64,000 nt of DNA. It comes from Raillietiella orientalis (taxonomy: Eukaryota). Both the position numbers and the translations under genes were made by a program. The notes beneath the pieces are model-generated. The model did no database searches and was not told where the DNA came from. It saw nothing but the letters and a program-made list of their open reading frames with translations. The DNA lies in NCBI GenBank assembly GCA_036172245.1, contig JAYWIR010000044.1, positions 186,001 to 250,000 on the forward strand, in the 5' to 3' direction. Shown piece by piece: positions 26,901-39,569 of the stretch; positions within the stretch are counted from its first letter, which is position 1, and each line of letters begins with the position of its first letter.

Positions 26901-27591
26901 GAATTGTAGGCATCTGATCCTCCAGCACGAGCCTTTGTTCCCATCGGAACGTCAGACCTTTGACGAGTGACTTGTTGCTCTAAAATTAAACGGCGTTGCT
27001 CTAAAATTTCCTGGCGCAGTGGACCTTGGGGGTCCGTCATACACTTGCAATGCAAACCGCCGCTGATTTGTTGTTTACCCGAGTTGCAAATTCCCTTCGC
27101 AGTTTTCCGAAGATAGCAAACGGGCGTTTCTTTTCTTCGGAAACACGGACACAGGAGCCGTAAACAGGACACTTGTTTTTCAGTGGTGAGACTGTGGGAA
27201 CATTCTCCCAGAAGGCGTCCTGAACCCAAATAACTTGAACTCGGCGGCTGAGTTTGGCACCTTTGGATTCCGCGAAGGAAGCTGTCCCTTTCGTGACAAG
27301 AGAAACAAAAACAAAAACAACAAACTGTTGTTTTTTGTTGCGGTGTAGGATTCGATGAAAAATCCTGCTCTTTTTTGCGAAAAGTGCAGCCGTGTTGTCC
27401 CCAACTATCCTCGAAGAGAAGTGAAGATGGCCGCCTTCGTGAATCTGTCTGCGGAGGGTCGGAAATCGAGGCAAAGGGTGCCGCCGCCCGAGTCCACTCC
27501 GCGGGCGTGACCGCTCCAAGGTCTACTTTCGGCCGTGAAAGTAGACGCTGCCCGAAAAACCGAAAAGTCACCCGCAAGACGACACACAACA

Positions 27592-28263
27592 CGGAAAGAA
27601 AAACACTCGAGTTTATCTGCCGGATGCCAAGCATTCGCTCCAAGACAACGGAAGTCAGCTGCGTAAACCGAGAGACGGAAATGAAAGCAGGCGCTCAAGC
27701 GCGGAGTGACCAGGAGCGAAATGTCTTCCGAAGCGATCCAGAGGTTCCGGAAGTGGACACCCAGTGAGGTCGCTCGAAGCTTGAGGAAGTTCTGGAAGCT
27801 TTCTTGTTCCATTTCCTCCGCCGCGAGAGCGAGGAAAAGTCTACCACGGCCACCCCGCCCACAGAAGGAACTCCGACATGCTTACCGCGCTGCTAGAAAC
27901 CGCACCAATATCGCTCGCCCTACGACCCACAGCCAATATCGTCTGGAAGGTTGCATAATGTATAGTAGTCCCGGTCCCTAGAGCGAACCACAGCTTGCAT
28001 GCAAGCTTATACTTTCGCTACACTTACCCCTCTCTCTAGACAGATAGATAACCACAATAACAACCCACCAACCACTTCCCCGCCATCCATCCATGATCTT
28101 TCTCTACCGTTCCCACCCCGTTGTTCTTTCCTCAACCTGTCTTCTACACAACAAACTCACATCCACAATCCACAACAGCTATTCCTCTGAGGAGAAGGCG
28201 TAAAACGGGAATCCTCATCCATCGGCATTCCTCCAAGAAAAATAGTAACGAGCACATTGAAAT
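27592..28263. repeat. Two-block dispersed duplication, copy 2 (partner 16223-16735)
   Basis: ORF-track peptides 16337..16675 and 27706..27981 are nearly identical. The spacer 27972-28181 differs from copy 1. Confidence 0.92.
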
Positions 28264-29532
28264 TTGCAGCAGGCACGTCACACACAACCAGGAAGCTGCT
28301 GCATGCTTCGGGACTTTCTGGAGAAGGCAATCAAAGCTGAAAGCCTCGTTCCTCTTCTAGAAGGATCTGAAGAGAAACTTCCTGGTCCCATTCCGTGCTA
28401 GCGAATGCAGTCTGTTCCTTAGACCGCTGGGAAAGAGTAGCATATTTGCGGCTCAAGGATGGAGGGAAGTCGTTGCTAGGAACAGCCTCGCTAAAATGCT
28501 CGTGATGGATGCAAGCGAGCAGCCTGGCTCAGGAGTGCTGAAACTTTAATCTGAAGTTGATTTCCCGGGTTTACAAGAAGATTGGAGGCTCGCTGTTTGG
28601 TTTCGCTTTGCATGAATTACATGAATCTCTTGGACACACGTGGGCTCACGGAGCTTTCGAAAGGAAGTTGTCCCAAGTCTGAGCTGAATGCACCTCGGCA
28701 CATCTTCGGCTTCCTCCGAGTTTCAAAACTGCCAAAGCTGTGGTTTGCAGTAGTTTCCTACCTGGTACTGTGGCGTACAAGGTGGGAAACTGGGAAATCC
28801 GCTACCTGCCGATTGCCAGTTGTGACTTCTGTTCCTTGGAGACCCATGCCGTAGCGCCCTCGGGGCTCGTCGAAAAGACAGGCACACGTTCGCACGGATG
28901 ATCTTCGCTTCCCCACGCACGAAGTCATTCGCATTCAGAAACAACGCGGAGTCCTGAGTCACCGTCCGTGTCGACTTTGGAGGCGAGCCTGGAGGGACTT
29001 CGCCCCACTTGCCCGCGAGCAGTCGGTGTGAGGGATGCGCGCGACCGGCACGGGGCTGTTCCATCGTGCGGTCTTCCTCTCGGGCAAGAGCGAGACGCTC
29101 TTCAGAGCGAATCTTCCGCTGGTGCAATAGATCGAGATGAACGGCGTGCCGTTTCGGATCTCGGTTTGCGGGTTCCCGAGGATAATGATTCCTGACTCAC
29201 ACTCGCCAAAGTCCACCCTCCCTCACCATCCAGTTTCATTTCTCTGGAAGGATCCATGCGAACGCTCGATTCATTGCGAGCGAACGATTTAAAGGCAAAG
29301 AAGCTCAATCCATTCCATCTCTTCATTGTCTTTTTTTTAAAAAAACAAAAACAAAAACAGAACAAAGCAAAGTGGTTACTGGCGACTTCACGGGGCGATC
29401 ATTACTATGGGCACAGGATGGCGGATATCCTTCTTGTTTTTTTTCCCTTTTCTTCTTCTGCTTCTGTTTGTTTTTGGTTCGCTAAATAACTCAGAAACCG
29501 CTCGCCCCCTTGGGGAGGGGAGGGATCGGAAT

Positions 29533-29613
29533 CTCTTTAACACTGTCCACGCCACCCGAGGGTGCGTGTAACTCTTCCAGTTATAGGGATTCCGTAGGGA
29601 CCTGCCTATGAAT
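29533..29613 (+). repeat. Conserved ~80-nt non-coding motif, copy 1 (partner 44806-44888), candidate structured RNA
   Basis: CTCTTTAACACTGTCCACGCCA.CCG.GGGTGCG.GT.ACTCTTC...TAGGGA...CCGTAGGGACC..CCTATGAAT is shared by both sites. Confidence 0.75.
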
Positions 29614-31940
29614 CCGGAGGAAGGAGTTTGTTCCCCTTAAGCCTGGGAGGTAAACCCGGAAGAAGCCCTCGCCCTGGATGTCTGCGAAGGGAATCCGCAA
29701 GGGAACCGCTCTTTGCTTGTTTCTCTGAAGGAAACCCCGAAGGGAGCAGCGAGCTCATTACACCCCCACCCAACCGGAGGGCAACCCCGAAGGACCCCAG
29801 AGAGTCCAATTCCGATACCGGTCAGTCGCCGGTCGCATCCGGTTTCCGGCTTCCTCCAGTGCCGCATCGGAGCCTACAGGGCCAACCAGCGCCGTCCAGC
29901 GGAGAGTACTCGAAGTCCGCGACGCACCCCCCGTTTCTCCGAAGTCGATCTTTCCCCGGGTGGAATTCGAAACCCCGTAGCGCACGGAGACGGCAGCCAC
30001 GCAGCCGCCGAAGTGGGCATCTCTTTGGAACCCTCGACGGATGCAAAATACTTCTCGTGGATGGAGCTTTCCTCGTACTTGGAAGCGACTCCGTTCGTCT
30101 CAGGGCTGCAAGGTAGATGGCGTCGCGGAACGCGCACTTGCGGAAATGCCGGACAAAGGATGGATGCAGCATGGAGCCACTAGCAGGGGCAGCATTCGAT
30201 TCTCCTGAACGCGCGAAAGCGAATTTTTCCGGCATTCACGATTATGTCGCACGCTCGCCTGTGGCCCGTCTGGACCTCGGTCGAACTGGCTTTCGGGGAA
30301 GCTCGCACAGATTTCCTCCATCAGCTGTCTTAGCTGTTAGCACGTCGTGCTCCCGCCGACAACACGGTGTCACTTGGTGTGGTGTGACCTCTTCTTGAGG
30401 CAGAGGGAAAAACCAAAAAGGGCCGGGGCTGTTTCCATGCAACAGGTAGAGTTGTTCACTCGGAGCATGGGGTGACTGGCGCGTGCCCACAGACGACAAA
30501 AGCCGAGGGCTATGGAAGATGCTGCAGCTGCAAATTCACCGTTCTTCCGCGTGTTTACGCGCACGCATGATTATGGGGAATACGTGAGGATGGAGCGTGC
30601 GTGCACGTGCTCGCAACGTGTACCATGCAGCAATAATAATACAGTATTACAGCGTACGGTGAAAGGGTGCAACGATTTCGCTCGCTCTTCACCCAAAGGA
30701 TGCTTTCCTAAAAGAGATGTTCCGCTGTCCTCCATAATTAAGGAAGGGTAAAAGGAATTTCATTTGTTCCTGCGTGCGCGCGCGCACACACGCGTGTGTC
30801 TTTTGAACAAATCGTTTTCGTTCTGAAAAACCGAGTCAGAGTGGGGAAAGAGAACAGGGAACGAACGGTTCCGGTTCCAGCTTCCATGCGACCGGACGTG
30901 GCTCCATGGGCGCGCTGCGAGGACACACCGTGGTAGAGAACATTCCTAGAGCTTGCCGAGAGGCTCCACTCTTGCGTGCGCAATTACTAGTAATAGTAAT
31001 AACTGATAGAGTAATGACACGGAGGCCCACCACTCGAAGGGAGGGAGGGAGCCGCTCAAGGCGTCTTTCCACACCGGAAGACGAGACGTCCATAATACGA
31101 AAGTTCCGCATTCCGGGCACGCCGAGCCCATTTTCGGAATATCAATTATTGATCTCTGGTTGTACGGAATTCCGTACTTAGTTTGAATCTCAAAAACCCC
31201 CGGCTGAGCTCCGGTTTTTGCGAACAGATGCGGGAGATATAAAAACAGGAACCCAGGAAGCGATCACTGTCTCGCGTTTTTCCTCGGCTCGTCGCTGCCC
31301 ACTTAATTATTTAAAAATGACCCTGTGGGTCGGAGAATGGACGCTCTCCGAGCTGCAGGGGAGCCGAAAAGAAGAAAAAAAAAATCAATGGCTTCCTTGA
31401 TTTCTCGGTTACCTTCGCCACTTCAGGGAGCACGTTTTCCCGTAGCCCGCCCTTCTTCCTCGCCACGTGTCCCGACCGTGAATGTTGGGGACCGTCCCGG
31501 ATCCTGGTGCTCGCCCGCCCTCCTCCAGCACCGACCTCGGGGAGGGTGTGCGGCCTCGGTGCGCTGCAGGTGGGGGGCACTTGGCCACGGTTTTCGCCAT
31601 TTGGCGTCGTGGGCGCGCACGCTAACCCACGACGTGCTGCGTGCTCGCATGCATCCCGAACGTCGAAGACAGATCCCAGGGATGCGTGTTTTTCGGGACC
31701 CGAAGGAAAGGTGAAAATGATCCCTCCGAACCTCGTGCCAGTCGTCAACAGTTGCGATCTTCGGGAAAGCGTCCCAGGTAATTAACTCTTCGTCGAGTCA
31801 TTACTACGAGTGCTTCTCGTGTCTTTCGAATTCGCCTTTCGGCTCAAAGCAGTCGGCTCCGTGGAAACGGAAACGAAATCGATTCATTGGTTCATTGCGA
31901 CGGGAGCGGACGCTCCGAGTCCAAATGAGATTCCCTAATG

Positions 31941-32860
31941 GAAGACGGTCCCTTATGTCAAGTTACGTGATCCAAGCCTGGCTTCCTGCCACAGAATCCG
32001 AGGGATTACCGTTGGAACCGATCTCGGTCGCCTCCCGAGCGTGAGGTCGGTTTCATCCACCGCCGCTCAGACCAGACCGTCCGTGGATATCAGCTTAGCG
32101 GGAAGGATACGGCCGTCCAGGGCAATCTAACAAGGATAAATCACGCCATTCAGAAGATTCCATTCTCAACACCGAACAGGAGAGAAGAATCGAAAGGCGG
32201 ATGGTGAAACTTCGGCGTCGGACACGGTGAGCAACGGATTTCCTGGATCGTCTTGCTAGGGAGAGGCCAAATCCCTCCTGGAGCTGCTACCGAGGCTTGG
32301 AAAATCGAAACGCTCCTGGGAGGCGCGCAATAGCCGGGCAGACAGGGGGTCCTCTAGAGTGACAGGGATTCGAAACCACCTTCCCGAATTTTCCTCGAGA
32401 AACGAGAGACCAGCACAGCTGCGAGTTGTCTGTGGACGCGGATACTGAAGGATGCGCGATGCGTCCCGAATTGGACGGGACGGAGAACCAGGACACGCAT
32501 CCTTCCTTCTACGGGCGTCAAAAGTTGTCCCCCGCGTTCGAACGCATGATCGAAGAGACGCGAGCGCACGGGCTCGTCTGCGCGGTGGACAAAGGCAACG
32601 GCGAAGGGCACTTCCTGCTTCCTGCCGGCTTCCTGCGATTCCTGGAAGTGCATAGGTCGGGGTGCCCTGCAATCTGAAACGGAACGGTTGGATTCGCAAG
32701 GATGACTCCTGGATTTGCGGAAGACCTGCAGGATGAAAACTCTTACTTTCTGTGGACCACCTGCAGAGAACGGAGCATTTCAGGAAGCGCCCGGAATCCC
32801 GGATTGGAGACACTGAAGTGGCTGGCTGGTAGAGGAAACTCCACCGGTTCGGAGGAAGAG
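31941..32860. repeat. Copy 2 of the ~0.9-1 kb duplication (partner 512-1498)
   Basis: Near-identical sequence; both copies carry the TGA after ...SGC(L/P)AI. Confidence 0.92.
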
Positions 32861-35409
32861 TCAGGAAGCCTCCAAACGGACTGTGGAAAGTGCCTTCGAT
32901 TCTCGAGGAAGCACCGGGACGCGCATCGTCTTGGAAGCGGCTGGAAGAGCAGGGACGCGGTGCACATCGGCCAGAAATCCCGATTCAAGGTCTCTTCTTC
33001 ATTTGTGCATCCAAATGCTGCTGGCCCTCAGCGATCCTCCATGTCTGGAGGCAGTTTCGAGACTTCCCTGTCCTTGGATCCAGGAATGCGTTTCGCTGCT
33101 TCTCAGAGATCCAAGATCGTCTCCAGAGCGATTCAGTGGACCTCGGACTGCAGCTGACGGGAGGGCCAGAGGTTTCTTCGGTCCATCACGGGATTTGCAT
33201 CTCGTGATGTCTCTTCTCGCTGGTACGGCGAGAAGATGTGCAAAATCCTTGCCGTTGGCAAGGCAAGCAGCGCGATGAGGAGGATTCCTATGGAGATTTC
33301 GTAACCAGAATGTCCCTCAGAGAAGAGCGCGCCCCACGGACGAAGGACCCTGACGATGGGAGCGACAACTGGCGGCGGATGCGTGAAGTGCAAGTTATTG
33401 GATCGAAACAAGCGAAGAGGCGCGCGTAGGCCAGACCTTGCTGGCTCCGATGCGCGATGTGGAATGCACCTCCAGCTGACCCACACAGGAGGTCCTCGGG
33501 GAACGAAATCGGCAGCGCAGAACCATCCCCACAGTGGGGTGACGGCTCATCTCGAGGAACACTCATCCATCCTTCCCGATCTGGCGAGAGGAAATGCCAC
33601 TGTGATGTGTCACTTCATTACTTTCGCGATTGACTTGGACGAGGCGAACCAGAACAGCCCGGAATCGAAGGCCGCACTCACGGAATTCCGGGAACCCTCC
33701 CTGCAAGCAGTCGGAGGAATTCCGAGAAGACGAATGGGGATGAGGAAGAAAGGGGTGAGAGAGATTCTATAAAAAAACAAAAAAAAACAGTTTTGCGACC
33801 CGAGACGAGTTCATGAAGGTTCCGGCAATGGGGAAGGACGGGGAGAGGGGGAAGAAGGGGAGGGGAGGCAAAACTGCCTCGGAAATGGGATTCTTCAGGT
33901 GTCACACCACGACCGAAAAGAAAAGGGGAAACCGAGAGCCTGGAGAACATTCTCCTTGAAGCATGACAAACTGCGGCACGGGATGGACTCGGAGATAGCA
34001 GTGGAGTTCCGGAAGTCGAATCCGCAGAGCAGGGACTGACTCCTACGCCGCCGCGCGGTCAGTAGCTGATCGCTAGGAACTCATTCCGGCCGATGCTGCC
34101 TGTTGGCAGTTCCGGAAATCGTGAACCTCCTGCGGAACCATCTGACCCCTTGTGATCTGGTGGAATCGGCAACCCTCATCTGATGACGACTTTGGGTCCC
34201 ACCCCACGCTTTGCGAGTTCCGCAAAGGAAAAATAAGACTCAGCTGTCGGAAGAGCATGCATGGCGGCACCAATGAAGCGTCAGAAGATTTTAGAGTAGC
34301 CTTAGAACTTCAGGCTCCGAGCTTTCCAAGGCACTCGTAAGATTTCACAGCCACTGGAGCCGGAGAGCTTCATTGCGGGCGAAAAGGTACCAAAGGGAGA
34401 GAAAAAGGCAGATTCAAGGGACCCCGAATCCTGCCGAAGTTCGAGGAATCGTGGCAAAGGCAGCTGGAGGAAAGATGGGAGAAACCCGCCTTGGGGAGAA
34501 AAGATGATCGAAAGATGATGTATGCCTTTGTGCGAGGCTTCTTGAAGATGGTGTCGAGCACTCTTCCACCCTTGACTTCCGAAAAACCCTACCACCGTTG
34601 CGTTGCTGAGAGCTAAAAACCATCTCTGCAGCTGCTTCCTGGAGAGGGCAGGAGGCCCGATGTTAGGGATGGAGGACCCGCTTCCGGAGATGCCGAATTT
34701 TTCGGTCCTCAGACAGCAGCCAGCCTATCCGTGGTCTCGGTCGGCCGAAACGACCTCTTCCCACCTATGCCATCCCAGAGCCATCCGTTGCTTGACAGAG
34801 GATCTCATCCGCAGGTCGGCCTGCGGTCGAGGTGCAGACGCAGCACAGCCGAGCTCCAAGAAGTCAGTGCCGGCTGGACTGCGGCGCGAGCCCTCACGCG
34901 TGCCCCGACGGAACGCCCGAGGGACGGTTCGAAGTTGCTGAAATGGAGGCTCTGTGCCCGCTTTGCTCGAAGCCCAAGCACGAACGCCTCTTCCGCGAAA
35001 GGGAGGAAGGAATGCTAGCAGCGCGGGGCTGTTAATGGTCCTCGCCCGACGTTCCGTGCGCCTTCCTTTCGTTGCCAAGCAACTCGGCTGGATGGAAACC
35101 ACCGGAATGACGACGAGTTGGCACATCTCTTTTTTTTTATTCAGGCGCACCGGAGCAGCGAGGGCGAGGAAAGGAGGAGGGAGAGGGTCCTCTGTGTTCT
35201 GGTCCTGGGCTCCTGGAAGAGGGCGAAGTGCACGACTCCCTCTCCAGCGTCTCTCTCAGCGGCCGAGACGCCACCTGCAATGGCCTAGGTCCCGCGCGAA
35301 CATCCGTACACGGTGCAACCGGAAGTCGCCTTTCGTAGGGGAGCAGCCCAGCTTGCATTGGCCCGAAACAGGGAAAGGCGACTCTGGCACGTACCTGGAA
35401 GGCGCCATT

Positions 35410-36861
35410 TCAGAATCCGCTGTCCAGGGTGCACCTCGACGTCACGGACTGCCTTCGAAATCCCAAGGCGCACCCCGTGAGGGCCAAGGCAGCTGTACAC
35501 ATGCCCCTTTGGTTGAGCACCAGCCCTCCTTCGCAAAGTCTAGAAGAACTTCTACTTCCGGAAGTCTTAGCGACTCTTCCAGGACGGACGCTTTCCCTAC
35601 ATTTCCAGTTGAAGCTCCTCTTGGCTCCCGGGATGCAAGGCAGCAGCATGCTGGCTTCCAGCAGGGGTCCCTGCTTCCTCGTGGGTCTCCCTCTCGCTGG
35701 AACTCTTCCGGGACGACCCACCGGCCCTGCCGGGGAATCTGGTCCGGGAGAAGCCTCGTTGCCGCTGCCGGGGTGCTTCCTGCGGGATACGAGCGGGACG
35801 CACTCCGGCTCCCGGGTGTCGATATTGAAGTTCAGGACGCCTCCCGCGGGGCAACCGCCGCTCCCGGAGACGCGCAGACAGCTTCCTCGGAAGAACATCT
35901 CGGACTCGGGGCACGTCTGGCGGGCGCAACCCGGCGCACCTTCCTCCCCGAGCAGCCAAAGCTCTCCCTCCGGGCAGGATCCCCTCGCAAACAGCTGGCG
36001 ACAGTTTCCCCCGGGGTCCTGGAGGTACCCCTCCAGGCACGCGCACACGACTTCGCCCGCCGCAGTCACGTACGCCCTCTGGGCGGGCTTCGGGCACACG
36101 GCTTCGTCGGTGGGGTCGAAGCAGCTCTGCCAAACCGGGACGAAGATCCTGCCTTGGGGGCAGGGGTTCCTCTCGCAGCTCATGGAGCGCGAATCGGGCT
36201 CCATGAGTATCCAACCGTTCTCCCCGCAGGGTTCGGTCAGCCGGAAGCAGGAACTGGATTCCCTGGAGAAGATCTCCCCCCTCCCGCAGCCGTCGGGAGG
36301 GTCATCCGGCCCCCGGAAAGGGAGCGTCACGTCTGGTATGGAGGGCACGTAGAGCTGGGACAGCACGCTTCCGACAAGAGAGACCACTCCCAGGGATGGC
36401 AGGAACGTCGCGCCAGACGCCACGGATGGCGTGAGGGAGGGCTGGGCGCTGTCCATGTAGCTGAGCATGCACGATATGGCGGTGGCGGCCATCATCATGC
36501 CGGCGTTCATTGCGGCGGTCCACATGAGTTGGCCCGGTGCGGGTCGCAGGGGACTAATCAGGGTCTGCAGCTGCGGTCGGTGGTGCTTCTGGCGCTCGCT
36601 GTTGTTCTTCATGCCGCAGTCGCACACGCAGAAGCAGTTGTAGTTGCACTCGCACCAATCGCTGCAGAAGCAATCGCACCACTGGTCGCAGTCGCACTCC
36701 CAGTACTCGTCGACTTCGTTTCCGACCAGGATGTCCACGACGGTCTGATCCAGCGTGCTCGGTCTCATGCTCTGCAACATCCCCTGCATCACGTTGGACA
36801 TGGTCATCAGGCCGGACATCGTTGACAGCCCCATCAGAGAGGCGCACACGGAACCCGACAT
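35410..36861 (-). CDS. Cysteine-rich DUF4789-like protein (483 aa) with Met-rich and CxC-rich N-terminus
   Basis: Intact 483-aa ORF containing CACLEGYLQDPGGNCRQLFARGSCPEGELWLL...GCARQTCP and SCERNPCPQG, the Cys pattern of arthropod DUF4789 proteins. An additional upstream exon cannot be excluded. Confidence 0.82.
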   Translation of the reverse strand: MSGSVCASLMGLSTMSGLMTMSNVMQGMLQSMRPSTLDQTVVDILVGNEVDEYWECDCDQWCDCFCSDWCECNYNCFCVCDCGMKNNSERQKHHRPQLQTLISPLRPAPGQLMWTAAMNAGMMMAATAISCMLSYMDSAQPSLTPSVASGATFLPSLGVVSLVGSVLSQLYVPSIPDVTLPFRGPDDPPDGCGRGEIFSRESSSCFRLTEPCGENGWILMEPDSRSMSCERNPCPQGRIFVPVWQSCFDPTDEAVCPKPAQRAYVTAAGEVVCACLEGYLQDPGGNCRQLFARGSCPEGELWLLGEEGAPGCARQTCPESEMFFRGSCLRVSGSGGCPAGGVLNFNIDTREPECVPLVSRRKHPGSGNEASPGPDSPAGPVGRPGRVPARGRPTRKQGPLLEASMLLPCIPGAKRSFNWKCRESVRPGRVAKTSGSRSSSRLCEGGLVLNQRGMCTAALALTGCALGFRRQSVTSRCTLDSGF

Positions 36862-37625
36862 CCGCTCTTACGGCGTTTCACCGCGGGCCCGGGAGGGAGG
36901 CTGGGGGAGGAAAGAGAGGGAGGAAGAGAGAGAGATTAAAAAAAAAAAAAAAAGGGAAAGCCACATCTGACCCGAACCCGTCACTGGGGGAACGCGGGTT
37001 CCCGCATGACCGTCCGAGTGGGCACCCGGAGGCGCACGCAACCTCACCGCTCGAAGACCAAAAGGAGACTGGCAGCGCAGCCGCATCTCCTCGGGGAGGA
37101 GAGAGGAGAACGTGCCTGCGTTTCCAGGGGTCTCGACTGACGGCGCTCGTGCAGGTGTCGCAATCAGACTTTTCTTTTCACCCAGAATGCTCCGAGGCGT
37201 CGATGTCCGGTCTCATTGTTCCGGTGGCCGATCCTCGGTTCAGCGCGTCATCCGATTTTCGCCCGGAAAAAAATCTGCCTAGGAGATCTGGGCTCTTCTA
37301 GGAGGGCTGAATCCGGCGCGGTGCCTGCGGAGCAGAATGATTAGGGGATGCATGACCGAAGGATGTGCCTGCAGTGCCTAATGCAACTAGGAAGATACTC
37401 TACTGGACCCAACTTCCTCTTCGCCCAGCAGCTGCCACAAGACCCCCCGGTCGGAAAGGAACCCACGCGTGACCGCACTGACAGGCATAGGGGCGGTAGG
37501 AGAACACGGGAGGGGAAACGCGCCGGCGTTGTTGCTGTCGTCGGGGGAACGCGTGGGTGACCCGGCGTCTGCCTGCCTGGGATGAGAGCAGCTCCAAAGT
37601 CCGGAGACACGAAACCAGGAGCGAT

Positions 37626-38044
37626 GGCACTCGAGTTCGTCAAGACGGCACCCCCGCCTCAAGGAGACGATGGCCCGTCGCCTTCCCCGAACCGAGATGC
37701 GGATGCTGGTCTTGGAAGCATCTCCCCCTCCCCCCCTCTCTACATCGTGAGATGAAAAATCCGCCTCGTTCAGTCCTTCCTCGCGCGGCACCTCGCCCCG
37801 CGTTGTCCGGACGCGACGCCCGCCCCGTTCCGCCTGGCTGGGGTGATCGTATCTCCCCGAGCTCACGAGAGCCGCCACACCAGCGCAGCCACGCCATCCC
37901 GGCCGGGAATGCCGCATTCAGGCATCATCCGGGTCGCCTGCACAGACTCCTTCTCCACCGCGGCCCGCGACGCTCGACTTTATGCACTTGATCGTTGGCA
38001 TCTGCGCGTTTGGACCCGACTAGACACACTCGCGGTCGTGCCAG
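37626..38044 (+). repeat. Left arm of a 419-bp near-perfect inverted repeat
   Basis: Reverse complement of 39570-39988. Only one substitution was noticed (AAGGAGACG vs AAGGGGACG), and ORF-track peptides are duplicated on opposite strands. Confidence 0.95.
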
Positions 38045-38720
38045 CGGGAGCAATGAACACAATTAAAAACACACAAGGAACGAATTCGGGGGAGCAGTTC
38101 AAAACACTGAGCACCCGGGGAGCTCTCTTCAGATCGATATTTGGCTGGGCAGACACGTTCACACCCTGGTGCTCCAGAGAGACAGTTGAACCGTTCCATC
38201 CGACGTCGCCTTCCCGTGAGAGAACGCGGTAGCAGTGTCGAAAGAGGCACGACGAAGGAAAGAGGTCAGGTCTCTTTCCTTCGTCGCTTCCAGAAGAGCC
38301 CTGACCTCGGAGAGGACGCAATTGGCAGGACCGTGGGACCCGACCAGCGAAGGGAAATGCGCTCGGAGAATTTCGGATCGCTCTCACGCAGGCGAGAGAT
38401 GTGGAGAGGATGATGGTGGCGCACGTCCCAAGGACACTCCCTGGGTCACCTGGTGTCAGCCAGCCTTCGGTCGGATAACTCGACAGTGTTACCGTTAAAG
38501 GATTTCCTTGCACCTTTGTCATATATAACAAAAGATGGCTTATTTTCACATAGGCAGTAACCTATCCAGCACTTCCGCGCACGTTCCTGGAACATTGGAA
38601 GTTCGGACAAACTTCTTCCTTTCTCATGTGCTCCACCCCTTAGTTCCCACAGTGATTCATCGTCCACCGGATCTCAAGATTCGAGGGACCCTACCTGTTG
38701 CGTCGCGGCCGCTTTCGATG

Positions 38721-39300
38721 CCACCCGGGTGCTCTGAGGCGTTTATTAAGCTAAAAATAAAGATTTAAAAAGGGTGTGATTGAACCAGTGGTCCAGCCAC
38801 ATCCGTTACACCTGGATCCTTCCAGGGTAGCGGTTCGCCGACCGATGAGGTTTGCCGCGGCAGCAGAGGGGTGGGGGAAAACAAGAAGAAACAGAGAAAC
38901 AAGAATAAAAATGAATAAACAAATTTGAGTGGTGATGGTGCAGGAGGGGATCACTGCGCTCCTCTGCATCCTTTGCAGGAAGCCTGCAAGCTCTTGCTGT
39001 ATAGAGTTGTCCAGGTAGGTCCATCTCGTTGCCATCCTTATGAAGTGAACGGCGAAGTGGATGGCATCCCTCTCGCAGTGCCCTCCACTTGCGTCGCTCC
39101 AGGCAACGACGATCCCGTGAAGAAAGCAGAGAGCTGTTAGCGAGGCTGCCGGCCGAAGCGCGTTGCGTAGGAGGAGGGGTTTCAAGGAGTCCCTGGAGTT
39201 GCCGCCGGGGGCTCGTAGGGTCGTGTCAAAGCGTTCCCAGGGGGACGGCTGCTTTCCAGAGGTGAAGAGCCGACCCTCTTCATGTGCTCTCCTTTTGCCA
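38721..39300 (-). mobile_element. 'RDAIHFA' family, copy B (longest open frame)
   Basis: ORF 38751..39422 contains SPWERFDTTLR...ALCFLHGIVVAWSDASGGHCERDAIHFAVHFIRMATRWTYLDNSIQQELAGFLQRMQR. It is followed by a T-rich tract, CCCCTCTGCTGCC, AATAAA and CGCCTCAGAGCACCCGGGTG. Confidence 0.72.
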
Positions 39301-39569
39301 AGTGCACTCAGGGGTACCTGAATTCCAAGAAGACCACCTTCCCTGCGTCCTGGGACACCGAACCGCTTTGCGTACAGTTCTGAGGGATTTTGGCTGATTG
39401 CAGACCAGCAGTTCCCTGACACAGCTCCTGGCCACGAACAGGTAGGAGCAAAAGACGCTGGAAATTCTTCCTCTCCCCAGACAGGAGCTGTAGAGGGTGA
39501 GTCGACGGACGCTATAGGAAGGGTAGAGGAGTGGGACTTCCTGGTGAACTCTTGGCATTCTCTCAGACT

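Noticed and set aside
30030..30100. DAKYFSWMELSSY, resembling a Gypsy RT motif
   Set aside because: Single short motif; the catalytic Asp is missing and no PFG or YxDD motif follows.
31191..31220. Hairpin plus T run resembling a rho-independent terminator
   Set aside because: Eukaryotic context with no upstream gene; likely chance.
34954..36825. 623-aa and 307-aa + strand ORFs
   Set aside because: Antisense shadows of the GC3-rich DUF4789-like gene.
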